Positions 1 through 8,822 of a stretch of 64,000 bases of DNA are shown in pieces; positions within the stretch are counted from its first letter, which is position 1; each line of letters starts with the position of its first letter. Both the position numbers and the translations under genes were made by a program. Source of the stretch: Acidobacteriota bacterium (GTDB lineage Bacteria; Acidobacteriota; CAIWXX01). The stretch is taken from positions 161,452 to 225,451 of the forward strand of contig JBFMAF010000020.1 in the NCBI GenBank assembly GCA_040755995.1, in the 5' to 3' direction. Below the pieces are notes generated by a model that had not been told where the DNA came from, searched no databases, and was given only the letters and a program-made list of their open reading frames with translations.

Positions 1-2
1 CC

Positions 3-218
3 CTCATCGGACACCTGCTCTTGCGGTCACTCGGTCGCGCCCACCGGATCTACCAGGCCATGATCGCGCGCGGCTTCGACGGCGAGATCCGCGTCCTGAG
101 GCCGGGGCGGTGGGGATGGTCCGAAGTCGTATTCACGACAGGCTGGCTCGCGTTCTTCGCGGTCGCCCGGGCGTGGAACCTCGCAGAGGCGCTCGGCCGG
201 CTGCTCACTAGGACATGA
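3..218 (+). CDS. cbiQ: ECF transporter T component, cobalt/nickel type (3' part; truncated by window edge)
   Basis: LLLRSLGRAHRIYQAMIARGFDG matches the EcfT/CbiQ C-terminal ARG motif; stop overlaps the next ATG (ATGA). Confidence 0.75.
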   Translation, partial: LIGHLLLRSLGRAHRIYQAMIARGFDGEIRVLRPGRWGWSEVVFTTGWLAFFAVARAWNLAEALGRLLTRT

Positions 219-967
219 CGATGAGCCATCATATCGTAGCGGTCCGCGATCTGTGCTTCGCTTACCCGGATGGGACACAGGCGCTGAAGGGGATTTCTTT
301 CGAGATCAGGCACGGCGGTGCCGTGGCTCTGATTGGCGCCAACGGTGCCGGCAAGTCTACGCTCCTGCTGCACCTCAACGGTTATCTGACGCCGTCCTCC
401 GGAGAAGTGCGCATCGGCGAGACGCCGCTCACCCGGCAGACCGCGGCGCTTGCCCGGCGAGCGGTCGGGATGGTCTTCCAGGACCCGGACGACCAGCTGT
501 TCATGCCGACAGTTTTCGATGATGTCGCATTCGGCCCGCTGAATCTCGGGCTGGCGCGGGAGGAAGTGGAGAGACGCGTCGGCCGGGCGCTCGATCGGGT
601 CGGGATGCCTCATCTGCGCAACCGGCCGCCTTACAAGCTCTCTGCGGGGGAAAAGCGCGCCGTCGCCATCGCCACGGTCCTGTCGATGGAACCGGACATA
701 CTGGTCATGGACGAGCCTTCGACTCACCTGGACCCGCGCGGCCGGCGGCGGGTGATCGAACTGCTGAAGTCTTTCGAGCACACGAAGATCATCGCCACTC
801 ACGACCTGGAGCTCGTCGTGGAAGTCTGCCCGCGGGTCATCGTGCTGGATGGAGGCCGTGCGGTGGCCGAGGGTGCCACCAGCGAGATCCTGGACGACGA
901 GCCGCTGATGCTCGCCCACGGCCTCGAACGCCCGCACATCCTGCGGCACCAGCACCCGCACATTTGA
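215..967 (+). CDS. cbiO: ECF/cobalt transporter ATP-binding subunit
   Basis: Walker A GANGAGKS, Q-loop VFQDPDDQLF, signature LSAGEK, Walker B VMDEP; His-rich tail. Confidence 0.85.
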   Translation: MTMSHHIVAVRDLCFAYPDGTQALKGISFEIRHGGAVALIGANGAGKSTLLLHLNGYLTPSSGEVRIGETPLTRQTAALARRAVGMVFQDPDDQLFMPTVFDDVAFGPLNLGLAREEVERRVGRALDRVGMPHLRNRPPYKLSAGEKRAVAIATVLSMEPDILVMDEPSTHLDPRGRRRVIELLKSFEHTKIIATHDLELVVEVCPRVIVLDGGRAVAEGATSEILDDEPLMLAHGLERPHILRHQHPHI

Positions 968-1076
968 CGCATCGACCGGCTCGGCCCGCCGGACTACGGG
1001 AACACATTGCATATGGCAACAGACTCCGACAATGTGCGAGAATAGGGCGCGGGCAGTAATAATTGAGGAGGCGCTC

Positions 1077-2618
1077 ATGCCGAAGGTCGAAGGTCCACCA
1101 CCCCCACCACCACCGCCGCCCCCGCCGTCCGGCACCCCCACTGAGGGGGGAGGCACGTATACCGTGAGGAGGGGCGATACGATGACCGGGATCGCCCGGC
1201 AGCATCAGGTACCGCTCAATGACCTGATCCAGGCAAATCCGCAGATCCAGAACCCCGACCGCATCTTCCCGGGCCAGGAGCTGAGCATCCCCGCCAGACA
1301 GCAGCCGGCCGTGCAGGCACCGCCTGTTGATCGATTCGAGCCCTCTCAGCCGAATGTCTTCGGGCAGCTCGTACAGCCCCAGCTGACACCGGTTCAGGTC
1401 GACCAGAATACGCGCGCGTCGACGGTAGCCGACCTCGACCAGGCCATGACCCGCACCGGTCAGGGTATGAACGCGACCGAGCGCCAGGCGCTCGAACGCC
1501 ACCTCAACGGCCTCAGCGGTCCGGCGCTCCAGAACGAGACGCAGTTCCTTCGCGATCACGTCGTGAACTCGCCCAACGCCGACCGAGCGGCCCGGACGTA
1601 TCTCGAGCTCCGCGACATGCAGAGCGCCAACCCGAGCCGGATCAACAACGACGTCGTGCACACGCTGACGCGCGGTGTTGCGGATCGCCGCACTGACGCC
1701 GCGGCCGGTCAGGAAGGCCTCATGGGCCGGCAGCAGGCGATCGACGCGGCCACGGCGCTTACTCGAATGCCGCAGTCCGAGTACAACCGTGTCACGCAGA
1801 TGCTCAACGGCGCCGGACAGCGCGGGGGGAGTCCGATACCGGGAGCCGATGCGCAGACGGAGCGCGCGCTGATTCTGGAGTCGGTCGCGGCGCGCCGCGA
1901 TCAGCTCTCGAATCCGCCCGTTTGGGACCGGATCCGCAATGCGGTGGGCCAGCCGTCGCGAGCGATGAGCGATATCCAGACTTACGCCGACCAGATCCGA
2001 GGCACGCCGCGCAATGAGCTGATACAGAATTCGACCGTGCTCGATCTCAACGGCGACGCCGCTGCCGAAGCGCTGCAGCAGAGGTTCAGCCATTCTTGCG
2101 CTCCGACTACCGCTCAGATAGCACGGGCCGAAGTCGATCCGATTTACGCGAGGCAACTTCACCAGGAAGCTATCCATTCGACGGCGATGGATACGGCCAT
2201 CGGCCGCGAGCAGCGGGCGTCGCTTGAAGAGCACGGCGGCGTCGCCGTAGCTCGTGACGCAGCCGGCGGACGCGGGGTGAACACTGCGCTGCCGCTCAAC
2301 GATCTCGCCGCACCGTACACCAATCGCACGTACACGCGGAATGAGCTTGCCGACACGCCCGATGCCCGCCAGCAGGCGCTTGATCGTGCCGATGCCCTGC
2401 TTCGTCGCGGGGTCGACGTGCCGGTCGCCGTGGCGTGGGATGGTGGAGGCGGCCATGCGCAGATACTCACCGACGTACGCGGCTCCGGCAACAACCGGGA
2501 GTACCTCCTGACCGACCCGTACAACGGCGAGACGCGCTGGCTGCGCCACCAGGACATCGTGAACGGGCACACCAATTTCGCATGCGGCACCGGCCGGCTG
2601 CGCGCCACGTTCGAGTGA
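1077..2618 (+). CDS. LysM-domain protein with C-terminal papain-like (C39-like) cysteine peptidase domain
   Basis: RBS GAGGAG at 1065-1070; poly-Pro N-terminus; LysM YTVRRGDTMTGIARQHQV...NPDRIFPGQELSIP; candidate catalytic residues QQRFSHSCAPT, GGGHAQIL, LLTDPYNG; no signal peptide. Confidence 0.75.
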   Translation: MPKVEGPPPPPPPPPPPSGTPTEGGGTYTVRRGDTMTGIARQHQVPLNDLIQANPQIQNPDRIFPGQELSIPARQQPAVQAPPVDRFEPSQPNVFGQLVQPQLTPVQVDQNTRASTVADLDQAMTRTGQGMNATERQALERHLNGLSGPALQNETQFLRDHVVNSPNADRAARTYLELRDMQSANPSRINNDVVHTLTRGVADRRTDAAAGQEGLMGRQQAIDAATALTRMPQSEYNRVTQMLNGAGQRGGSPIPGADAQTERALILESVAARRDQLSNPPVWDRIRNAVGQPSRAMSDIQTYADQIRGTPRNELIQNSTVLDLNGDAAAEALQQRFSHSCAPTTAQIARAEVDPIYARQLHQEAIHSTAMDTAIGREQRASLEEHGGVAVARDAAGGRGVNTALPLNDLAAPYTNRTYTRNELADTPDARQQALDRADALLRRGVDVPVAVAWDGGGGHAQILTDVRGSGNNREYLLTDPYNGETRWLRHQDIVNGHTNFACGTGRLRATFE

Positions 2619-2620
2619 GG

Positions 2621-3148
2621 ATGAACCGCACGTGCCGAAGAGCGCGCGGCCTCATCGTGACGACTGTGCTGGTCGCGGCCGGGTGTCTTTCGGGCACTGC
2701 TGAGAGGGGTGAACGAATGAAGCTGCCATTTGAACCCGACGCCAAACGGTGTCATGAGGATCTGAAGCAAACGAATGCCGCCTACCAGCAGGGGTTCGCG
2801 GCGCTGCGCGCGCTGGCGGATTCCGACAGCCCGTTCGACGAGCGCCTCCACCGGTTCATGAAATCGCACGAGGCGACGCTGGCGGCGGCGCAGACGCAGC
2901 CGCAGCGCCAGACGTGGGTCGAAGAGGATGTTTACTTGTGCTGCGTTTGGGACCTTCTCCAGTCCATGTTTGCTGCCGAGGCTCAATCGATTGCCGGCAG
3001 CTCCCGCACGGTGGCGGAGAAGAGAGGCGCGCTCGACGAGCTCTCGAAACGAGTCGACAAGCTTCCGTTCGGAAGCCCGCTCTGGAGAGACGGACCGCGC
3101 GCGAGGATCCAGAAACGGTTGGCGGACGCCCGCGACGCGCTGTCGTGA
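2621..3148 (+). CDS. Predicted lipoprotein, helical, unknown function (candidate immunity protein)
   Basis: Starts 2 nt after the LysM gene stop; basic N-terminus, hydrophobic stretch and lipobox-like VAAG-C. Confidence 0.6.
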   Translation: MNRTCRRARGLIVTTVLVAAGCLSGTAERGERMKLPFEPDAKRCHEDLKQTNAAYQQGFAALRALADSDSPFDERLHRFMKSHEATLAAAQTQPQRQTWVEEDVYLCCVWDLLQSMFAAEAQSIAGSSRTVAEKRGALDELSKRVDKLPFGSPLWRDGPRARIQKRLADARDALS

Positions 3149-3173
3149 GTCCGCCGGATGAGGAGAATCTGAT

Positions 3174-3611
3174 ATGGAACTCAAGGAGCTGCTGGCGATA
3201 CAACCGAGGGACTATCTGAAGGACGGGCTGCTCGGCCCGACAGGCGAGATCCGCGACCGGGTCAACGGCTACTACTCGCTGGCGATGGCGTACAGGTGCC
3301 GCGAGGAGGGCCTCACGCCCGACGTGCTGAAGCGGATCGTGACGCGGCTGGAGGATGTGGCGAAGGGGCACGAGAAGGAGCTCGACGACAAGGGGCGCCC
3401 ATCGCTCGACCAGCCGGCGCGCTCTGCGTTGCAGAGCGTCCAGGCGATGCCGGAGGTCAAGCAGTCAGCGACCTGCGCAGCGATCTTCCAGGCGGCGATG
3501 CCGCACTTGACCGAGTGGAAGAGCTACGCGGCGTTCGCTCTGCACGTCGACCGGATCATGGCGCAGCTGGCGCTGATCGTCGCGGCCAAGGCCATGGGGG
3601 AGCAATCGTAG
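3174..3611 (+). CDS. Small helical protein resembling the type III-A CRISPR small subunit Csm2 (stand-alone)
   Basis: RBS AGGAG at 3161; DYLKDG..GEIR, GLT..L.R and C-terminal F..HVDRIMA pattern recall Csm2-type proteins (by eye). Confidence 0.55.
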   Translation: MELKELLAIQPRDYLKDGLLGPTGEIRDRVNGYYSLAMAYRCREEGLTPDVLKRIVTRLEDVAKGHEKELDDKGRPSLDQPARSALQSVQAMPEVKQSATCAAIFQAAMPHLTEWKSYAAFALHVDRIMAQLALIVAAKAMGEQS

Positions 3612-3929
3612 CGACGATTCGACGGAGGGCCGGGGACCGTGTGATGGCGAGGTTGTCTGTCTACTCGCGCTGCTGACTAGTTTCGTGAAAGGCTGACAGC
3701 GGCTAGCGCGACCTTCGCGCGTAGTTCCGGATGGCCTTGTCGGTGCGTCCTTCGAGGGCGTGTGGGGCGATCCGGCCGCACTCGCCGGTCCCGTTCTGTG
3801 GGGCGCACAGAGACAGGCACTTCTGGCTCCTGTTTCTGCTCTTCACGCAGCCTGATGGTCTCCCGGCCAGTCTGATTTGTCGGCGCTGTTTCATCGATCC
3901 CTCCTCCAAGAGACTGACTATATCAGATC
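3431..3929 (+). repeat. About 500 bp diverged direct repeat, copy 1 (copy 2 at about 9307-9802)
   Basis: Co-linear match from GCAGAGCGT.CAGGCGATGCCGGA through CTGACTATATCAGATC. Confidence 0.95.
3703..3894 (-). CDS. 63-aa basic Cys-rich small protein, copy 1
   Basis: RBS GGAGGAGG; MKQRRQIRLAGRPSGC...KCLSLCAPQNGTGECGRIAPH; frame and length are the same in copy 2. Confidence 0.65.
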   Translation of the reverse strand: MKQRRQIRLAGRPSGCVKSRNRSQKCLSLCAPQNGTGECGRIAPHALEGRTDKAIRNYARRSR

Positions 3930-3957
3930 ACCAACCCTGGTGATTTGGGCAGGAGCT

Positions 3958-4210
3958 CTAATCGCGGAATCCGCGCATGTCGCGGACACCGGAGGTGATT
4001 CGCGCAATGTCGATCTCGGCGCCGTCGCCGATGCCGTGCACTGTGAACTGTTTCGAGGGCAGCTCCAGGACGCCGAAGGTGGAGCTGGTATGGACCGATT
4101 CGCGTGGCGGAACATCGCGGAGGATGCTCCCGGGGTTCACGATCAGCCCCTCGCCCATCGCACGAAGGGCGAAGGGTACATGTCTGTGTCCCACGATGAG
4201 CACAGCGGCA
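3958..4210 (-). pseudogene. 3' fragment of a YfcE-like metallophosphoesterase, copy 1
   Basis: VLIVGHRHVPF...IVNPGS motifs; N-terminal DxH/GD/GNH motifs are absent. Confidence 0.7.
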
Positions 4211-4271
4211 CGACGGGAGTTTAGGATGCCGGGCGTCCGCAATGATAGACTCCTCTAGTCGGGAGGTCGTC

Positions 4272-5570
4272 ATGGACGCTGCTGGCAGAGGAGATATCGA
4301 CGTCATCGTGGTGGGGAGCGGACCGGGGGGAGCAAGCGTGGCGAGGGACCTGGCCCGCTGCGGACAGCGCGTCCTCATCTTGGAATGGGGTCCGGGTGGG
4401 CCGATCAGTGGCACCTTCGCGCAGTTCGCGAGGGAGTTGGCGGTTCCAGGCAAGAGCTTGCTACTGACGAGCCAGCTTCTCGGAATGGTTCGTGGTATCA
4501 CCACGGGCGGCAGCTCGGTCTTCTATTACGGCACGTGCTTCCCGGTTCCGCTCGAGATGCTCGCAGCCTACGGGGTGGATCTCGCACAGGACGTCGCGGA
4601 AGTGCGCAGAGAACTTCCGGTCGGGCCCCTCAAAGACGAGATGATGACGCCGATGGCCACCCGGCTCATGGAGAGTGCGCAACGTCTCGGCTTCAAATGG
4701 CAGAAGCTCGACAAGTTCATGTACCAGGACCGGTGGAAGCCCGAGTACCGCTTCGGCTACTACGGCGACCTGCACGGCGTGAAATGGAGCGCCCGCATGT
4801 ACGCCGAGGAAGCGGTGGCGCACGGCGCGGTCCTCGTCAACGGCGCGAAGGTGGAATGCGTGATCGTCGAAAACGGGGTGGCCACCGGGGTCGAGTATCG
4901 GAAAGACGGTGGCCGATGCACGGCATCCGCGCCTGTCGTCGTGGTGTCAGCCGGCGGAATCGGCTCACCTCTGATTCTGCGCAACAGCGGCATTCGTGAG
5001 GCGGGCTACGATTTCTTCTTCGATCCGCTGATCACGGTGTGCGGGACGATCAAGGACGTGACGCTGCATCACAACGAGATTCCCATGTCCGCCGGGGTCT
5101 TGATGAAGGACGAGGGGTACGTGATGACCGACATGGCCCTGCCACCTTCGAACCACGTGGCCCTTACCGCGCAGGTCCTGCGCTTCGACAAGCTCATCGC
5201 CTTCCGTCACACGGCGCGCATCATGATCAAGGTGAAGGACCGGCTGAGCGGCCATCTCACCGCCCGGGGCGGCGTGCGCAAGAAGCTCGCCGGTGAAGAC
5301 GCCGGCAAGCTGTTGCATGGGTACGCCAACGCCAGGCGCATCCTTCGGGAGGCGGGCGCCCGGGACATTTACAAGACGTGGTACCTCGCGGCGCACCCGG
5401 GCGGAACCGTCAAGATCGGTCAGCTGGTCGACGCCAACCTGCAGACGCGGTACCGCAACCTGTACGTCTGCGATTGCTCTGTCATCCCCGAAGCCTGGGG
5501 ACTGCCGCCGGTCCTCACCCTCGTGAGCCTGGGCAAGCGGCTGGCACGACATCTTGCGGGCGAACGGTAG
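4272..5570 (+). CDS. GMC-family FAD oxidoreductase
   Basis: DVIVVGSGPGG dinucleotide-binding motif, GGSS, C-terminal AHPGGT and NLYVCDCS; RBS GGGAGG. Confidence 0.85.
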   Translation: MDAAGRGDIDVIVVGSGPGGASVARDLARCGQRVLILEWGPGGPISGTFAQFARELAVPGKSLLLTSQLLGMVRGITTGGSSVFYYGTCFPVPLEMLAAYGVDLAQDVAEVRRELPVGPLKDEMMTPMATRLMESAQRLGFKWQKLDKFMYQDRWKPEYRFGYYGDLHGVKWSARMYAEEAVAHGAVLVNGAKVECVIVENGVATGVEYRKDGGRCTASAPVVVVSAGGIGSPLILRNSGIREAGYDFFFDPLITVCGTIKDVTLHHNEIPMSAGVLMKDEGYVMTDMALPPSNHVALTAQVLRFDKLIAFRHTARIMIKVKDRLSGHLTARGGVRKKLAGEDAGKLLHGYANARRILREAGARDIYKTWYLAAHPGGTVKIGQLVDANLQTRYRNLYVCDCSVIPEAWGLPPVLTLVSLGKRLARHLAGER

Positions 5571-5853
5571 CTAGTAGGAACGAGCAGCGAGGACAACGTG
5601 ACGCCGCGCGCACAGCGCTGGACTCGATCAAGCTGTGGAGCATGAAACCTGCCCTCGCGACGCTGAACAAGAAACATTACCCGTGACCGATGTGCGAGTT
5701 CTGGTGCCATACGAGAGGCCGCCGGGGCGTAGGTGAGGGATGCCGTTCTGGCGCGCCACCGTGCAAGCATCCTGATCTAAGGAAAGGTGCTTCATGCCCG
5801 TCACCATTCCTCCCGCCGAGGCTCTCCTGGGAGCGCGCTGTGAGGGGCTTGCG

Positions 5854-5982
5854 CTTGGGGTTGTACTTCATGGCGAGCAGCGCCTGGTTCGAACAGATGT
5901 GGCTCGTGGCGTTTTCTCGAGCGACATGCTGCTCGCGGCCCTCCTTCACCAGCGCCAGCGCCTTCCGCCCCTTCAGATCGTC
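5854..5982 (-). pseudogene. gcvP: Scrap of glycine dehydrogenase (P-protein) sequence
   Basis: REQHVARENATSHICSNQAL (GcvPA-type motif) joined in frame to MKYNPK (GcvPB-type motif). Confidence 0.65.
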
Positions 5983-6050
5983 GCTGCATGCAGCACGCAG
6001 CAAAACACCGCTGGCTCTGGCTGTGTCAGGGCATACTGCGTTTCGGATTC

Positions 6051-6079
6051 TTGACATCACAGAGCATATCCGATAGTAT
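6051..6079 (+). promoter_or_regulatory. Sigma70 promoter of vapBC, probably giving a leaderless mRNA
   Basis: TTGACA-17 bp-TAGTAT; ATG lies 7 nt after the -10 box; no RBS. Confidence 0.75.
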
Positions 6080-6086
6080 GTTTTGT

Positions 6087-6296
6087 ATGCGAACTACGTT
6101 GGATCTGCCGGAAGAACTCGTCGAGGAAGCTCGCCGGGCATTGGGGTTCAAATCCAAGACTGATACTGTCATCCTGTCGTTGCAGGAGCTGATTCGCCGG
6201 GGCCGCATCACTGAGTTGAAGAAGATCATGGGATCGGTCCGCCTCGAGCTTGACCTCGACAGGAGCCGGCGACGACCAGGCCGATCAACCCGGTGA
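6087..6296 (+). CDS. vapB: VapB-type antitoxin
   Basis: [28 protein letters not shown]...L.ELIRR; GTGA overlap with the PIN gene. Confidence 0.85.
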   Translation: MRTTLDLPEELVEEARRALGFKSKTDTVILSLQELIRRGRITELKKIMGSVRLELDLDRSRRRPGRSTR

Positions 6297-6679
6297 TCGT
6301 CGTCGACACATCGGTGTGGGGAGCGGCCCTGCGTCGCGGGCAAGGGCCGGAGGCCCGTCACCTCACGGGACTACTCGATTCTGATCTCGTTGCGCTCGCC
6401 GCCCCCGTCAGGATAGAGATCCTTGCAGGTGCATCACAGGAGGACCGCTCGCGACTCCGCCGCGTCTTGTCGGCACTTCCGGTTCTCTATCCGAAGGAAT
6501 CTACCTGGACACTAATCGATGAGTGGGTTGACCGCGCGGCAGCGGCTGGAGAGCGATTCGGTTTTGCCGACCTGCTCATCGCCGCGATCACAGCTGAGAG
6601 CGGAGCGGAGATCTGGTCTCTGGACTCGGACTTCGAGCGAATGGTGCGACTCGGGTTCTTGCATCGTCACCGGGCGTGA
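6293..6679 (+). CDS. vapC: VapC PIN-domain toxin
   Basis: [30 protein letters not shown]. Confidence 0.9.
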   Translation: MIVVDTSVWGAALRRGQGPEARHLTGLLDSDLVALAAPVRIEILAGASQEDRSRLRRVLSALPVLYPKESTWTLIDEWVDRAAAAGERFGFADLLIAAITAESGAEIWSLDSDFERMVRLGFLHRHRA

Positions 6680-6811
6680 GTGAGGCCGCGAGCTGCTGCC
6701 TCGTGCTTACAACACGTGTATGCAGTCGATCACCGACTGAGGGTATCTCGACTCCGTCAGCGTTTGTATGGCAGGGCAGATGTGCGCGGGACCGCGAAAA
6801 GCGTGCTGACT

Positions 6812-7040
6812 TGGAGGAGGTGCACCATTATTTCGAATCGAGGATTGCGAAGGGCTGTCCTGTTGGGCGCAGGCTTGATACAACTGGCGGTGCTGCCGAC
6901 GGCGAGAGCAGGGTCGAACGGGGATCAGTGGATCGGTTCGCCCGATACACCCAACTTCGCATACGTAATGGGCACCGGCTACTACGAGCCGCCGGAGGTT
7001 CCGATGCCCGAATCCCTTGTCGACGTTCTCGAACAGCGCC
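6812..7040 (+). pseudogene. 5' scrap of a secreted protein with a lost start codon
   Basis: RBS GGAGGAGG followed by ATT rather than ATG, then signal-peptide-like SNRGLRRAVLLGAGLIQLAVLPTARA; runs into the convergent vapC. Confidence 0.35.
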
Positions 7041-7042
7041 AT

Positions 7043-7492
7043 CTATGCAGCGTCGAGCTCATCAAGAACGATCACCTTCAGCTCGCTGACGCGCTTCATA
7101 GTGGGATCATTGGTCAACAGGGCGTCGCAACCCGCCGCGAGCGCGGTCGCGCCTTGAAAGGCATCCGCCAATGTCAGGTTGTGACGCGCCCGCAGTTCGG
7201 CCGCGCGTGCTGAAACATGCTCATCGATCCGTTGGAACGACGTGTTGTCTCCGTTGACGATCAGGTCCGAGAAAGCCCGAGTCGCCTCTTCATTTCGGAG
7301 CCGGAGCGGGTGGACCAGGCATTCAGCGAGCGTGACGGGCGAGGTGACGGCCTGTAGGGCGCCCGAATCGATGCGCTCGAATACATGCGTTACGATCGGG
7401 AGGTACAGCAGGTTCTTCTCGACAAAGTAGATGACGGGCGCCGTGTCCAGAAAGACGAGGCGCACACCTTGCGGACACTCGACGAGTGTCAT
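7043..7492 (-). CDS. vapC: VapC PIN-domain toxin
   Basis: VFLDTAPVIY, VTLAECL, LADAFQGATA, LLTND. Confidence 0.9.
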   Translation of the reverse strand: MTLVECPQGVRLVFLDTAPVIYFVEKNLLYLPIVTHVFERIDSGALQAVTSPVTLAECLVHPLRLRNEEATRAFSDLIVNGDNTSFQRIDEHVSARAAELRARHNLTLADAFQGATALAAGCDALLTNDPTMKRVSELKVIVLDELDAA

Positions 7493-7743
7493 CCCGTGCG
7501 CCTCAGATGGCCTTCCCGTTGTATGTCCGAATCGCGGCGCATGCGAGATACCCACGCCTGCGCGTCTTCTCCCGTCAAGGGGCAAGGGACGATCCCTGCG
7601 ATCTCCATCCACTTCCGGCGCGGTCTCGAAGGCTCATCCGCGCGGCTGACCTCCTCGACCAGATGCGCCGCGAGACGGAGCTTCTCTCGCGGTGGCAAAG
7701 CACTTGCCTGAGCGATCAGGTCGTCGAGCAAGGTGGATGCCAT
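7489..7743 (-). CDS. Antitoxin paired with the PIN toxin
   Basis: ATGA overlap with vapC; L..REKLRLAAHL...GEDAQAWVSR.R pattern; RBS GGAGG. Confidence 0.75.
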   Translation of the reverse strand: MASTLLDDLIAQASALPPREKLRLAAHLVEEVSRADEPSRPRRKWMEIAGIVPCPLTGEDAQAWVSRMRRDSDIQREGHLRRTG

Positions 7744-7846
7744 GCCGCCTCCTTGGCCCGATTATACACGGCCCGGTCTCACCGGCAAGGGCGCCGCCGC
7801 GGTCAGACAATGTGGCGAGGTAAGTTTCCTAATTGGGAACCGAGGT

Positions 7847-8032
7847 TCACGGCCAGAGTTTCTTGTCGACCTTCTCGAGCACTGAGATCGACTTGTTGAA
7901 CCTGGTCGCCTCAGTCTTGGTCCAAGTTCCGAAAAGGTGATCCAGTGAGTCACCGATCGTGTCCGCATGAATCCCTGGGCCTGCAATGCCCGCACCCTTC
8001 TTCATGAGCGGGATCGCAGCCTGATTGAGCGA
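7847..8032 (-). pseudogene. 5'-truncated antitoxin (FitA-like RHH type)
   Basis: SLNQAAIPLMKKGAG...LDHLFGTWT..EA..F...VDKKLW; N-terminus missing and no intact downstream toxin. Confidence 0.55.
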
Positions 8033-8062
8033 TCGACGGGCGTGGCGATTCAAGACTGGGCG

Positions 8063-8315
8063 CTAATCGCGGAAACTTCGCATATCGCGGACGCCGGCGG
8101 TGATTCGCAGTATGTCCATCTCCGCGCCGCCGGCAATCCGATGCACAGTGAACCGCTTCGACGGCAGCTCCAGGACGCCGAACGTCGCACTGCTGTAAAC
8201 CGATTCCCAACGCGGGACATCCCGGAGGACGCTCCCTGGATTCACAATCAGCCCCTCGCCCATCGCATGAAGGGCGAAGGGTACATGTCTGTGTCCCACG
8301 ATGAGCACAGCGTCG
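8063..8315 (-). pseudogene. 3' fragment of a metallophosphoesterase, copy 2 (diverged direct repeat of 3958-4210)
   Basis: Same GHRHVPF/NPGS segment and nearly the same 5' breakpoint. Confidence 0.8.
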
Positions 8316-8495
8316 GGCGCTCGCCAGCCGGATGCTCGAAGCGTCAGGGCCACTGGCGCCAACAAGAAAAGACCGGGAGCCGTCGGAAAAACAGGCACCT
8401 GCTTTGTATACTATAGGTAAGCGAATAGGGATCCCAATCGGAGCTGGGCGCACTCGTAGTGTCTGCACTCGCGGGCACGGAAAGGAGAGGAAACC

Positions 8496-8723
8496 ATGCA
8501 CCCTGGTTGGTCGATAGATCCGAATGCGGAGTGTTACCTGCCGCCAGGTGCCACGCATCACCTGGCCAGGATGTTGGAGTCCGGGCCGGATCGGTTTGAC
8601 GAGATCCACGGAATACGCCGCCCGCGGTGGTTCGAATTCTGGAAGAAGCGGAAATGGGAGGCGCTCGTGGAGGAGTTGAAGAGTGATATCCGGGAGATCC
8701 TGCAGCGAAACGCCGCAGGATAG
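8496..8723 (+). CDS. Hypothetical 75-aa protein
   Basis: RBS GGAGAGG; contains an RPRWFEFWK motif. Confidence 0.45.
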   Translation: MHPGWSIDPNAECYLPPGATHHLARMLESGPDRFDEIHGIRRPRWFEFWKKRKWEALVEELKSDIREILQRNAAG

Positions 8724-8822
8724 CCCAGCTCGCAGCTGTGGACTGGACCCATCGGGTAGATTCAGGCTGGATGACGGTTCCTTTGCTCCCTCACCACGTA
8801 GACACTGCGCGCCGTCGGCCGA

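Noticed and set aside
1095..1128. CCN run as a phase-variable repeat
   Set aside because: Mixed CCA/CCC/CCG codons encoding poly-Pro, not a pure slippage tract
837..2570. Long antisense ORFs (also 50-1156, 14008-15834, 20161-22140, 28698-29996, 59010-61052)
   Set aside because: Shadow frames of motif-bearing genes on the opposite strand, as expected in high-GC DNA
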